From NCBI GenBank assembly GCA_021813945.1, contig JAKAJD010000001.1, positions 206,115 to 270,114 on the forward strand: 64,000 bases of DNA, read 5' to 3'. Below are positions 1-9,562 of the stretch, one piece after another; the first letter of the stretch is position 1, and every line of letters starts with the position of its first letter. Below the pieces are notes generated by a model. The model did not search any database, was not told the DNA's origin, and worked only from the letters and a program-made list of their open reading frames with translations. The position numbers were made by a program, and so were the translations under genes. Source of the DNA: a bacterium (GTDB lineage Bacteria > Patescibacteriota > Microgenomatia > Curtissbacterales > GWA2-41-24).

Positions 1-2
1 AT

Positions 3-1724
3 CGGGAAATCGCCAAGCTTTTCCATTCAGTAGCAGCAGCCTACACGGTTAAAAATGGAGATAGATTCAAAATTTTAGCATACGAAAGGGCAGCAGACAG
101 CATTGATAAGGCCACCAGCGAATTTAAAGATTTATGGGAAGAAGGCAATCTGGATTCTGTGCCCGGAATTGGAAAGGGCATTCAAGCACATTTAGATGAG
201 CTTTTCACGAGGGGCAAAGTAGCCCATTTTGAAACTGTTAAAAAAGATCTTCCCCAGTCGATGTTTGAATTTTTAGATATACCAGGCATGGGCCCGAAAA
301 CCGCTTATATTTTGGCATCAAAGCTCAAACTTAAAGACATTTCCGATCTTGAAAAAGCTGCCAAAACCGGCAAAATTCGAAAATTACCGGGCTTTGGCCT
401 AAAGAGTGAATCTGAAATTTTAGCTTCAATTGCGCAATTTAAACAAAAAACAAATCGATATTTATTGACGTTTGCCTTTCCAATCTCGCAGCGGATTGTA
501 AATTACTTAAAGCAGGAAAAAGAATGCCATGAAGCCTTACCGCTTGGTTCACTTCGCAGAATGGTATCAACGGTTGGTGATATAGATATTGCTGCTTCAT
601 CCAATAACCCCAAAAAAGTAATCGAGCATTTCAAAAAATTCAAAGAGGTAGATCGAATACTCGGCGCAGGACCAATGGCTTCCTCAGTGATTCTTAAAAA
701 TGGCCTCCAGATAGATCTTAAAGTTCTTCCTGAAGATTCATTTGGGGCGCTTCTACAGCATTTTACAGGCTCGAAAAACCACAATATTGCCCTTCGGGAA
801 TATTCCTTAAAAAAGGGCATGTCGCTTTCGGAACATGGCATTAAATTTAAAGGCCAAACGCAAAAATTTAAAGACGAAGAATCTTTTTACAAATTTTTAG
901 GAATGGAATATATTGAACCGGAATTAAGAGAAGACACAGGGGAAATTGAAGCAAGTTTAAAAAATGATTTGCCGCATCTAATCACCACCCAGGACATAAA
1001 AGGGGATATCCATCTTCATTCAAATTATCCCATTGAACCCAGTCACGATTTAGGAACTGGATCCATGGAACAAATAGTTAAAAAGGCAAAAGAGCTCGGA
1101 TATGATTATGTGGGTTTATCAGATCACTCCCCAAGCGTTAGCACACATTCGAAACAACAAATAATTGATTTAATTAAGCGCAGAACGGAAAAGATTGAAC
1201 AAATAAATGACTCGGAAAAGGGAATAAGAATACTAAATTTACTCGAAATAGATATTTTGGCAAATGGAGAACTCTCTGTACCCGATGAAGGACTAAAGCT
1301 ACTTGATGGATGCCTAGCAGGTATTCATTCCAGCCATAATCAGGCCAGAGATCTTATCACAAAGAGAATTCTAAAAGCTTGCGAGTCACCATATGTCAAA
1401 GTAATCTCGCACCCGACAAATAGGCTTCTTTTACAGAGGGAATCTTCAGATGCAAACTGGCCCGAAGTGTTTGAGTCTTGCGTGAAAACGAAAACACTAC
1501 TCGAAATCAACGCTTGGCCAAACCGACTTGACCTTCCAGACGTATTAGTTAAAGATGCTATTTCGACCGGAGTTAAGCTAATCATAAACACAGATTCGCA
1601 TGCCATCGACCAAATGGATAACATGAAATACGGCGTTTCTGTTGCCAGACGCGGCTGGGCCGAGCCTAAAAATATTGCCAACACCCTGCCTTGGCTTGAA
1701 TTCAGCAAAATATTTGGAGTATGA
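3..1724 (+). CDS. polX: DNA polymerase X / PHP-domain protein (5' end lies before the window)
   Basis: Frame is open from base 3 ([25 protein letters not shown]). HhH motifs (PGIG, PGMG, PGFG), catalytic GDID and [13 protein letters not shown], and PHP motifs HLH/SDHS/DSH. Confidence 0.93.
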   Translation, partial: REIAKLFHSVAAAYTVKNGDRFKILAYERAADSIDKATSEFKDLWEEGNLDSVPGIGKGIQAHLDELFTRGKVAHFETVKKDLPQSMFEFLDIPGMGPKTAYILASKLKLKDISDLEKAAKTGKIRKLPGFGLKSESEILASIAQFKQKTNRYLLTFAFPISQRIVNYLKQEKECHEALPLGSLRRMVSTVGDIDIAASSNNPKKVIEHFKKFKEVDRILGAGPMASSVILKNGLQIDLKVLPEDSFGALLQHFTGSKNHNIALREYSLKKGMSLSEHGIKFKGQTQKFKDEESFYKFLGMEYIEPELREDTGEIEASLKNDLPHLITTQDIKGDIHLHSNYPIEPSHDLGTGSMEQIVKKAKELGYDYVGLSDHSPSVSTHSKQQIIDLIKRRTEKIEQINDSEKGIRILNLLEIDILANGELSVPDEGLKLLDGCLAGIHSSHNQARDLITKRILKACESPYVKVISHPTNRLLLQRESSDANWPEVFESCVKTKTLLEINAWPNRLDLPDVLVKDAISTGVKLIINTDSHAIDQMDNMKYGVSVARRGWAEPKNIANTLPWLEFSKIFGV

Positions 1725-1731
1725 TACAACC

Positions 1732-2283
1732 ATGTCGACAAACATAATCACTCTTGCTGTTGTTGCAATCATATTAATTTACATTTGGTTTCTCTATAAC
1801 GGTTTGGTTACCGCAAGAATCCGCGTCAAAGAGGCGTGGTCGCAGATAGACGTTCAACTTAAGCGCAGATCTTCTTTAATACCAAACTTGATGGAGACCG
1901 TAAAAGGTTATGCCAAGCACGAAAAAGAAGTCTTTGAAAATGTAACCAAGGCAAGGTCGGCACTTGTCGGAGCCAAAACTCCCAAAGAAGCGGCATCCGC
2001 CAACAATATGCTTTCGGGAGCCTTAAAAAGCCTCTTTGCTGTGGCGGAAGCGTATCCTAACTTAAGAGCTTCAGAAAATTTTAAAGAGCTTCAAGAAGAA
2101 CTTTCCGACACCGAAACAAAAGTCGCAGCGGCACGCCAGTTTTATAACTCGGTAGTAATGGACTACAACACAAAAATAAAAGTATTTCCTAACGTTTTAA
2201 TAGCAAATATGCTGGGGTTTAAAGATGAAGTATTTTTCGAGGCGGAAGAGGCAGAAAAAGCGGATGTTAAAGTAAAATTCTAA
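1732..2283 (+). CDS. lemA: LemA family protein
   Basis: N-terminal TM then [39 protein letters not shown]. Start revised to ATG 1732, preceded by TATGAT-6nt. Confidence 0.92.
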   Translation: MSTNIITLAVVAIILIYIWFLYNGLVTARIRVKEAWSQIDVQLKRRSSLIPNLMETVKGYAKHEKEVFENVTKARSALVGAKTPKEAASANNMLSGALKSLFAVAEAYPNLRASENFKELQEELSDTETKVAAARQFYNSVVMDYNTKIKVFPNVLIANMLGFKDEVFFEAEEAEKADVKVKF

Positions 2284-2287
2284 ATCG

Positions 2288-3193
2288 ATGAATTCTCCCA
2301 AAATATTTGCAGGGTCTTCGAACTTACCTCTTACAAAACTTGTTTCAGAAAAATCTAAAATTCCACTAGGCAAAATTGAGCTTGGGGTATTTAAGGATAC
2401 CGAAATTGACGTTTGGGTAGAGGATGACGTTAACAACTCAAGTGTTTTTGTCCTACAGTCTAATTCTGTTCCCGTAAACGACAACATTATCGAGCTTGCC
2501 CTTATTGCGGATGCCCTAAAAAGATCCGGATCGCACAAAATTACGGCGGTTATTCCGTACTTGGGTTATTCCAGAAAAGAAAAACAAACAAGACGCGGTG
2601 AGCCGATTTCTGCAAAAGTCATAGCAGACCTTATCATTGCAAGCGGAATCAACAAGGTCGTTTGTTTAGATCTCCACGCCGACGCCATAGTCGGCTTTTT
2701 TAATGTGCCGGTAATATATCTTTCGGCTCTAGAGATTTTGGCAGACGCCTTAAAGCATGAAAACTTTAAAAAACCGTTAGTTGTTGCACCGGATGTTGGT
2801 GGAGTGAAGCGCGCCAGAAACTTTGCAGCTATTTTGAACGCCCCATTGGCTGTTATTGAAAAACACAGGCAAGTAGATGTTAGAGACCGTATGGAAGTTC
2901 TTTCTATAACAGGTGAAGTATCTGGTGACACGGCAATCATAATCGACGACGTAATATCCACAGGTGGCACAATTGTTGAGAGTGCCAACGCCCTTGCCAA
3001 AAAAGGTGCTAAAAAAATAATTGTTTGCGCAACTCATGGAGTGTTTGCGGGGGATGCAATTAAAAACCTTGAAGCAAGTCCTGTTGATAAAATTTTTGTG
3101 ACAGACAGCATAAAAAACGATGCAAAAAGTAAAAAAATCGAAACAGTTTCTGTATCCGGCCTTATAGCAGATTGCCTCAAGGACGAGCTCTAG
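2288..3193 (+). CDS. prs: ribose-phosphate pyrophosphokinase
   Basis: VIPYLGYSR, DLH, PDVGG, and PRPP-binding IIDDVISTGGT, ATHGVF. Confidence 0.93.
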   Translation: MNSPKIFAGSSNLPLTKLVSEKSKIPLGKIELGVFKDTEIDVWVEDDVNNSSVFVLQSNSVPVNDNIIELALIADALKRSGSHKITAVIPYLGYSRKEKQTRRGEPISAKVIADLIIASGINKVVCLDLHADAIVGFFNVPVIYLSALEILADALKHENFKKPLVVAPDVGGVKRARNFAAILNAPLAVIEKHRQVDVRDRMEVLSITGEVSGDTAIIIDDVISTGGTIVESANALAKKGAKKIIVCATHGVFAGDAIKNLEASPVDKIFVTDSIKNDAKSKKIETVSVSGLIADCLKDEL

Positions 3194-3975
3194 TGAACTT
3201 TCAAGATAAACTTATATCAGCCCAAAGACAAAACAACAGCCTTCTTTGTGTCGGCCTGGATCCGGACCCTCAAAAACTTCAAAAAGCCGAAACTCAGTTT
3301 GACTTCAACAAAAAAATAATTGATGCAACATCGCAATCTGTCTGCTGCTATAAACCGCAAATCGCTTTTTACGCAGCCGCAGGTGAAAATGGCCTACAGA
3401 GTCTTAAAAAGACGGTCGATTACATTCATCAAGCTTACCCAAATGTCCCCGTCCTTCTGGATGCCAAAAGAAACGACGTTGGCCACACTTCTGAAATGTA
3501 CGCACAAGAGGTTTTCGATATCATAGCCGCAGACGGAGTGACGGTCACACCATATTGTGGGTTTGACTCTCTAGAACCGTTTTTCAAAAGGGGCGACAAG
3601 GGAATCTTTGTGATTTGCCGGACATCCAACCCCGGCGCGGCCGATTTTCAAGATCTCAAAGTAGGGGAAAGCCCGCTCTACGTCGAAGTTGCCAAGAAAA
3701 TCGTTGAATGGAGCAAAACGTATTCCAATGTTTATTTGGAAATTGGTGCAACATGGCCCGAAGAGATAGGAGTCCTCAGAAAACTTGCACCCGACATGCC
3801 GTTTTTGATTGCAGGAATTGGCGCTCAAGGTGGCGACCTTGAAGCAACTCTCAAAAATGGTCTGACAAAAGGTAAAGACGGCTTGATAATCTCAAGCTCC
3901 AGGGGCATAATTTACGCCGATAATCCCAAAAAAGCTGCCCAGGATTTGAAAGAAGAAATCAACAAGTACAGATGA
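3193..3975 (+). CDS. pyrF: orotidine-5'-phosphate decarboxylase
   Basis: LCVGLDP, YKPQIAFY, LDAKRND, RTSNPG, GIGAQGGD, SSSRGI. GTG start overlaps the prs stop. Confidence 0.92.
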   Translation: MNFQDKLISAQRQNNSLLCVGLDPDPQKLQKAETQFDFNKKIIDATSQSVCCYKPQIAFYAAAGENGLQSLKKTVDYIHQAYPNVPVLLDAKRNDVGHTSEMYAQEVFDIIAADGVTVTPYCGFDSLEPFFKRGDKGIFVICRTSNPGAADFQDLKVGESPLYVEVAKKIVEWSKTYSNVYLEIGATWPEEIGVLRKLAPDMPFLIAGIGAQGGDLEATLKNGLTKGKDGLIISSSRGIIYADNPKKAAQDLKEEINKYR

Positions 3976-4577
3976 TTAAAAATAGTCAAAAAGAAAAATT
4001 AGTTCTTGCTCTTTATGAAATTGGAGCAATCAAATTCGGAAAGTTTAAGCTGAAATCCGGGAAAATCTCGCCTTTTTATCTGGACCTTCGTTTCTTGTGC
4101 TCATACCCTGAAGTATTAAAGCTTGTGGCCAGCTCAATCAACGAGATACTCAATGATCTGAAATACGACTTAATTGTCGGAATCCCTTACACCGGAATCC
4201 CTATCGCTACAGCTGTCGCTCTCCAGTATGACAAAAAAATGATTTTTACCCGAAAAGAAGCAAAAGATCACGGGATCCAAAGAATGATCGAAGGCATTTA
4301 TAAAAAGGGCCAGCGTTCAGTTTTAATCGACGATGTAATAGCCGACGGAGCCAGCAAGTTTGAAGTTATTGAACCACTAGAAAAAGAAGGTCTAGTTGTC
4401 AAAGACGTCATTGTGATTTTAGATAGAGGACAGGGTGGCGCAGACATTATGAAAAAAAGAGGTTACAATTTGCATTCTGCCCTCAACATTGAAGAAGTCA
4501 TATCAATCTTAAGGTCTAAAGGTAAAATCAGCACCAAACAGGTAGCCGAAATCCGCGCTTTCTTATCAAGTCTTTGA
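3972..4577 (+). CDS. pyrE: orotate phosphoribosyltransferase
   Basis: FGKFKLKSGKISPFYLDLR, RKEAKDHG, LIDDV. Confidence 0.92.
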   Translation: MIKNSQKEKLVLALYEIGAIKFGKFKLKSGKISPFYLDLRFLCSYPEVLKLVASSINEILNDLKYDLIVGIPYTGIPIATAVALQYDKKMIFTRKEAKDHGIQRMIEGIYKKGQRSVLIDDVIADGASKFEVIEPLEKEGLVVKDVIVILDRGQGGADIMKKRGYNLHSALNIEEVISILRSKGKISTKQVAEIRAFLSSL

Positions 4578-4608
4578 ATAAAACCGGCCCTCAAGCTAAA
4601 ATAAGCTA

Positions 4609-5679
4609 ATGCTTCAAGACCCGTTTTACGACCCAACGATATCCTACGAAGAAAATTACGAAGAAGGCCCGTTCAATGCGTTTGCAGACGGCAAAATTTA
4701 TCAGCAAAAAGGTGAACCAAAACATGGTTTTCTCGGTCAAAAAGTCTATCTTCCATTTGGAATTCCCGCAGGGCCACTCTTAAATAGTAAATTTGTAAAA
4801 AGCGCTTTTGAAAAAGGCTTTGATGTCTGCGTCTACAAAACCGTCCGCGCAAATGTCTTCCCGTGCCACGCTTTTCCAAACGTCCTCTCAATTCATTTTC
4901 AAGGCAAAGACTTATCAATGGAAAGGTTGAAAAAAGAAGTAGTTGCCGACGAAAATTTCCAGGATCCAATATCAATCACCAATTCTTTCGGAGTGCCGTC
5001 AAAAAACCCTGAAATATGGCAAGAAGACGCAAAAAGGGGCATCTCCTTTGCCGGCAAAGGCCAAGTTATGATTTTAAGTTTCATGGGAACAGTAAAAAAA
5101 GATCAAACACAAAAGGAATTTATAGATGATTTCATTCTTGCAGCAAAACTGGCTAATGAAACCGGAGCAAAAATTCTGGAAGCAAATCTTTCTTGTCCAA
5201 ATATCGGAAACGAAGGTCTTGTCTGCTATAACCTTCCGGTCACAGAGAAAGTAGTCAATGGAATAAGAAAAGCAATTGGCAACAAACCCCTAATTCTTAA
5301 AATCGGCTATTATCAAAACCAAAAGGATCTGGAAAAACTTGCAGAAATTACCAACGAGTATGCAGACGATGTAGCAGGTATAAATACTCTCCAGGCAACA
5401 ATAGTTGATCACGAAGGGCAGCAAGCTCTTCCAGGTCCAAACCGCCTAAGAAGCGGTGTCTGTGGATATGGTATTAAATGGGCCGGTCTTGAAACGGTTA
5501 GACAGCTGAAAAATATCAAAGAGAAAAGAAACTACAAATTCTCAATCACAGGTGTTGGCGGGGTTTTGTCAGTCAAAGACTATCAAGAGTACAAGACTGC
5601 CGGAGCCGATTGTGTTATGAGCGCAACCGGTGCAATGTGGAATCCATATTTAGCTCAGGAAATAAAAAAAGCGATTTAA
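4609..5679 (+). CDS. dihydroorotate dehydrogenase-like FMN enzyme (family 1-like)
   Basis: GIPAGP, YKT, NSFG, ANLSCPN (catalytic Cys), INT, GVGGV. Follows pyrF-pyrE. Confidence 0.75.
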   Translation: MLQDPFYDPTISYEENYEEGPFNAFADGKIYQQKGEPKHGFLGQKVYLPFGIPAGPLLNSKFVKSAFEKGFDVCVYKTVRANVFPCHAFPNVLSIHFQGKDLSMERLKKEVVADENFQDPISITNSFGVPSKNPEIWQEDAKRGISFAGKGQVMILSFMGTVKKDQTQKEFIDDFILAAKLANETGAKILEANLSCPNIGNEGLVCYNLPVTEKVVNGIRKAIGNKPLILKIGYYQNQKDLEKLAEITNEYADDVAGINTLQATIVDHEGQQALPGPNRLRSGVCGYGIKWAGLETVRQLKNIKEKRNYKFSITGVGGVLSVKDYQEYKTAGADCVMSATGAMWNPYLAQEIKKAI

Positions 5680-5685
5680 TTAATT

Positions 5686-7176
5686 TTATCCTTTTCTGGC
5701 TAAAAGTTGAGAAAGCTGCTCGTAAAAAACCTTCGGATTATCGGTCATAGAAAAATGTTCACTATCGGGAATAACGATTTTTTGAACGTCCGGAATAGTT
5801 AGTAAAACCGGGACTAATCTTTGAGCGCTTCTTTCCCCGTAAACATAAGCTTTTCTTGCTTTAAGATCCCTGAATCTTTGAACTAATTCGCCATTTTTTA
5901 CTAAACGGGCTAAATCTTTCGAACTTCGATAAAAACCCAAAGAATCCGCCTTTTGCATCCACTCTGCCCATAATCTCCAACCAGGATCGGAAGATTGCGC
6001 AAATTCGTCTTTCATTCTACTAAAAACGCTTTCTTTAAATTCATCGTACGAGGCATCAACAGCTCTTGCACTAGAAGGACCTAAGATATTTAAAGTGCCC
6101 TCCACGTTTATAAATGACCCTAATCTATCACCTAGCCTTTCGGCCAGAAAAAGTCCTGGAGCATCACCGACACTATGAGCGACAGTATGAATTTTTTTAT
6201 GAGGGTATTTATCGAGCTCTAGCATTATTCTATCTGCCTGCTCTTTCATACGATAAGAAAAATATTCAGGTCTCGAAGAATCACCGTAACCTACAAAATC
6301 AGTCGCAAGCAATGAATATCCCTCCAAAGGTTTGGCTTCCCAAGCTCCTGCAAATGAATCTTTTGTGCATCCCAACCCATGAAGAAAAATAATAAGTTCG
6401 TCTCCACTTTCTCTATATTTGGACGAAATATGGATATCTTTTAATTCCGGTTTTTCAAGTTTATAAACTTCGACCTCATTATCAGGGTTGTCAACTGAGG
6501 CATAATGAAACTTGTCGTGTTTTGCTATTGCAAATCCTTTTGCTGCAACAAACCGTTCTATATCTGACTCAGAGGTAAAGTATACCTGCTCCCCTAATTG
6601 CGGTAACGATTCATGCGTAGCATAATTTACTACTTTCAATTCAAATTTCTCGCCATCTACCTCTATTTCTTTATCTTCTATTATTGCGCCCTTTTCTATT
6701 TGGGCTTGATAAAATGGTTCGTTGAATTTGTTGCCGAAAACCCTAAAATTAACTGCAGAATTTCCACCAGGTCTTAAAGCATAATGAAGAGTATCTAAAA
6801 CTGCGTTGGGGTTGTAAATCACAGCATTCACTGCTATTCCCACGTCTATCGAATTTTCAGCAACTGGTGGACGTTTCGTTGTGCCAAGAACAACATCAGC
6901 TCTCGCCGCAGAATCTTTAAATCTTTCTTGCGCTTGTTTGACAAGTTCAGGTGATATATCAAACCCTACTAAACGAAGTCCAGGGTCGTCTTCCATAAAT
7001 TCAAATTCATGCCCTGGACCGCATGCGACATTCAAGACAGTTATCTGGTGATTAAAAGATCTTTGCCTTGCTTCGGATATTAAAGGGGCGTGAAATTTCT
7101 CATAATAGGCTCTGCTTTTGGAAGGAGTATTAATACTTTGATCGTATTCTATTTCCCCAAAACCAGGTTCTGACAT
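5686..7176 (-). CDS. class I SAM methyltransferase fused to an alpha/beta hydrolase
   Basis: N-half VLNVACGPG..GFDIS..LRPGG. C-half FLHGLG, DFVGYGDS, AHSVG, SEHF. Confidence 0.75.
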   Translation of the reverse strand: MSEPGFGEIEYDQSINTPSKSRAYYEKFHAPLISEARQRSFNHQITVLNVACGPGHEFEFMEDDPGLRLVGFDISPELVKQAQERFKDSAARADVVLGTTKRPPVAENSIDVGIAVNAVIYNPNAVLDTLHYALRPGGNSAVNFRVFGNKFNEPFYQAQIEKGAIIEDKEIEVDGEKFELKVVNYATHESLPQLGEQVYFTSESDIERFVAAKGFAIAKHDKFHYASVDNPDNEVEVYKLEKPELKDIHISSKYRESGDELIIFLHGLGCTKDSFAGAWEAKPLEGYSLLATDFVGYGDSSRPEYFSYRMKEQADRIMLELDKYPHKKIHTVAHSVGDAPGLFLAERLGDRLGSFINVEGTLNILGPSSARAVDASYDEFKESVFSRMKDEFAQSSDPGWRLWAEWMQKADSLGFYRSSKDLARLVKNGELVQRFRDLKARKAYVYGERSAQRLVPVLLTIPDVQKIVIPDSEHFSMTDNPKVFYEQLSQLLARKG

Positions 7177-7193
7177 ATAATAATACTAGCATG
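7174..7193. promoter_or_regulatory. bidirectional leaderless promoter in a 14-bp divergent gap
   Basis: Plus strand TATAAT-9nt-ATG(7191). Minus strand TGcTAGTAT-6nt-ATG(7176). Confidence 0.6.
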
Positions 7194-8885
7194 GCTGAAG
7201 CTGACTCTCAAAGCGAATCCCCAAAAACTGCTGAAACACCAATTATTGAAAGAATAAATGGTGCAAGCATTGAAGGAAAACTAATGGAGCTTGCACAAAT
7301 TGGAGGGTCTATAGAAGAAATTGGCAAAAGGGTTGCTGTAACTAGATTAGCATTTTCGGAAGAAGATAAAAGAGCGCGGGAGCTACTCAAACGTTCTATG
7401 TCAGAAGCCGGGATGTCCGTTGAAGAATTCCCCTTCGGTTTGGTTGGAACATATGGCGCGTCGGAAGACAGTTCACCTCAACCAGCGATCATGATGATGT
7501 CCCATTTTGACTCGGTTCCAAACGGTGGGGCATACGACGGAGATGTAGGCGTCATTTCGGCAATAGAAGTTGTAGATGCAATCAACAAACAAGGGATTAG
7601 ATTCCCTAGACCAATCAAGGTTCTTGCATTGACAGCCGAAGAATCTTCACGTTTCCAAATAGCTCTTCTTGGAAGCAAAATGGCCTTTAATGGATTAAGC
7701 CAAGATGAGCTGCAATCGGCTCGTCCTGGTGACGCAACTTTAGAAAAAGCTCTTGAAAACTGGGGGATAGATCCCCAAAGCGTCACAAAACCAACATTTC
7801 ATTCGCAGGATATCGCATCAGTCATTGAATTACATGTTGAACAAAACGACCGGCTTGCCGAAAAAAGTGTAGACCTCGGCGTAGTCGAAGCAATTGCCGC
7901 ACCAGTTAGGAAAGAATTTGTCATCGGCCAACCTATAACACAAGACACAACCGAATACCAAAATGCAAAATACCTTGAAATTACGGTTGCAGGACAAGCA
8001 GACCATTCCGGAGCGACCCCAATGGGAAAAGAAGATAGGGCGGACGGCCTGGTGCCGCTTGCCGATATTTTAATAACGGCAGGGGTATTACAAGATCAGG
8101 ATCCTAACGTAAAAATTTCAATAGGTAATGTCAAGGTTGAAGGCCAAGCCCTCAATAAGATTCCCGGCAACACTTCTTGCACAATAAAAATCGGTGGAAG
8201 CGATGAGCAAATCCAGGCAACAATAGCAACCCTTAAAGATAAAATTGAAAAAAGAAACGATTATTACGAACAGGAATATAAGGAATTCGGCAACGATCCG
8301 ATTAGCGTAAATATTTCGGATACTGCACCGCAGGACACAATCTTTTACAGGCCCAGCGATGTCCATGCATCCAACGAGCTTGCCGGACAGGTAATAAAAG
8401 CGGTAAATTCCGTAGCGCAAAATGTTGGTGAAGAAAATATTGTGGGCACTGTCGGAACTTACAATGTTAAAGACGGGCAAATCGTTTTAGGGGTCGATAT
8501 TAGAGGTATAGATAAAGCGCGGCTCGACGAAGTCTGGGACGAAATCCTTGAAAAACTGGACAGGATGAATAAACACAGAACTCCCTATGTACTCAAAGCG
8601 TTACCTGCAAGCGCCCCTCCAGCTAAAACTGATCAAAGACTTGTAGATTTAACAGAATCAGCAATCAAAGACAATAGCATAGGTTCATACGTTAAAACTT
8701 TTAGTCCTGCAGGTCATGATTCTCAAGTTACAGCAGAAGTTGGGATTCCAACAGGCATGATATTTATTCCAAGTAGAAATGGTGGTGCAAGCCACGTGCC
8801 CGAAGAATATTCTACTCAAGAAGATTTGGAAAAAGGTGCAAGAACTTTGGCTGCTTTGGTGATGAGATTGGCTAAATCCTCGTGA
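7191..8885 (+). CDS. M20 Zn-dependent amidohydrolase (allantoate amidohydrolase / N-carbamoylase family), enlarged
   Basis: SHFDSVPNGGAYDG, AEE..RF, ELHVEQ, HSGATPM, AGHD, SHVPEE. Confidence 0.85.
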   Translation: MAEADSQSESPKTAETPIIERINGASIEGKLMELAQIGGSIEEIGKRVAVTRLAFSEEDKRARELLKRSMSEAGMSVEEFPFGLVGTYGASEDSSPQPAIMMMSHFDSVPNGGAYDGDVGVISAIEVVDAINKQGIRFPRPIKVLALTAEESSRFQIALLGSKMAFNGLSQDELQSARPGDATLEKALENWGIDPQSVTKPTFHSQDIASVIELHVEQNDRLAEKSVDLGVVEAIAAPVRKEFVIGQPITQDTTEYQNAKYLEITVAGQADHSGATPMGKEDRADGLVPLADILITAGVLQDQDPNVKISIGNVKVEGQALNKIPGNTSCTIKIGGSDEQIQATIATLKDKIEKRNDYYEQEYKEFGNDPISVNISDTAPQDTIFYRPSDVHASNELAGQVIKAVNSVAQNVGEENIVGTVGTYNVKDGQIVLGVDIRGIDKARLDEVWDEILEKLDRMNKHRTPYVLKALPASAPPAKTDQRLVDLTESAIKDNSIGSYVKTFSPAGHDSQVTAEVGIPTGMIFIPSRNGGASHVPEEYSTQEDLEKGARTLAALVMRLAKSS

Positions 8886-9402
8886 TTTTTTCCGCGGGGC
8901 AAATCCAAACTTGAATTGTCCTATCTCTTATCGGGTTTTTACCTTTTCCGTCTCTTCCGTCAAATTCAAAAGCCGCAACTTGCTGGTATTTCCCAAGCTC
9001 AAGCTTCCCGTTTAAAATCGGCACGACTACGCTCGGGTGGGAAAACTCAAGTGCTCTAATATGAGCAGCCGCATTGTAATCTTCATCTATCTCGTTGCAA
9101 TAGGGGTTATCCTGGCACCTGTGCCTATAATCTGTTGTCGGATGGTTGTAATCTTTTGAAACCCGGGTCGAACGTTTATCTTCCGGAATTGAATGAAGAG
9201 TGTGGTGCAAAATATCCTCAAGAAGGTTTGGCTCGGCAATTTCATTAACAACAATACCAAGCGTCGTATGCTTTGTATTTACAAAAACAAAGCCCTGTTT
9301 AACTTTAGATTTTTTTATCGCCGAGTTGATGTCGTCCGTGATGTCCAAAAAGTAAGTAGGCTTTGTTGACTTGAACTTGAGCTCTTTTAAAAAGGCTTTC
9401 AT
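8872..9402 (-). CDS. YjbQ/UPF0047 family protein
   Basis: DITD..HTT..VNE, NAAAHIR, LELGKYQ..EFDG. Confidence 0.8.
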   Translation of the reverse strand: MKAFLKELKFKSTKPTYFLDITDDINSAIKKSKVKQGFVFVNTKHTTLGIVVNEIAEPNLLEDILHHTLHSIPEDKRSTRVSKDYNHPTTDYRHRCQDNPYCNEIDEDYNAAAHIRALEFSHPSVVVPILNGKLELGKYQQVAAFEFDGRDGKGKNPIRDRTIQVWICPAEKITRI

Positions 9403-9458
9403 CGCTCAACTTTTAGATTTTACCAGAAAGCAGCCCAAAAGCAAAAAAGCCTAAGAAA

Positions 9459-9528
9459 AAGGTCAGCCCTTAACCAATGTATTTTCTCAAGCAAAGGCCT
9501 GACCTTAACTCAAGACCTCATCCTTAAC
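9459..9528. repeat. REP-like palindromic element, copy 1
   Basis: AAGGTCAGCCCTT (9459-9471), AAGGCCTGACCTT (9494-9506) and a degenerate AAGACCTCATCCTT (9512-9525), each followed by AAC. Confidence 0.65.
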
Positions 9529-9562
9529 TTTGCACATCAATTTCAGTTATAATCCAAGCATA

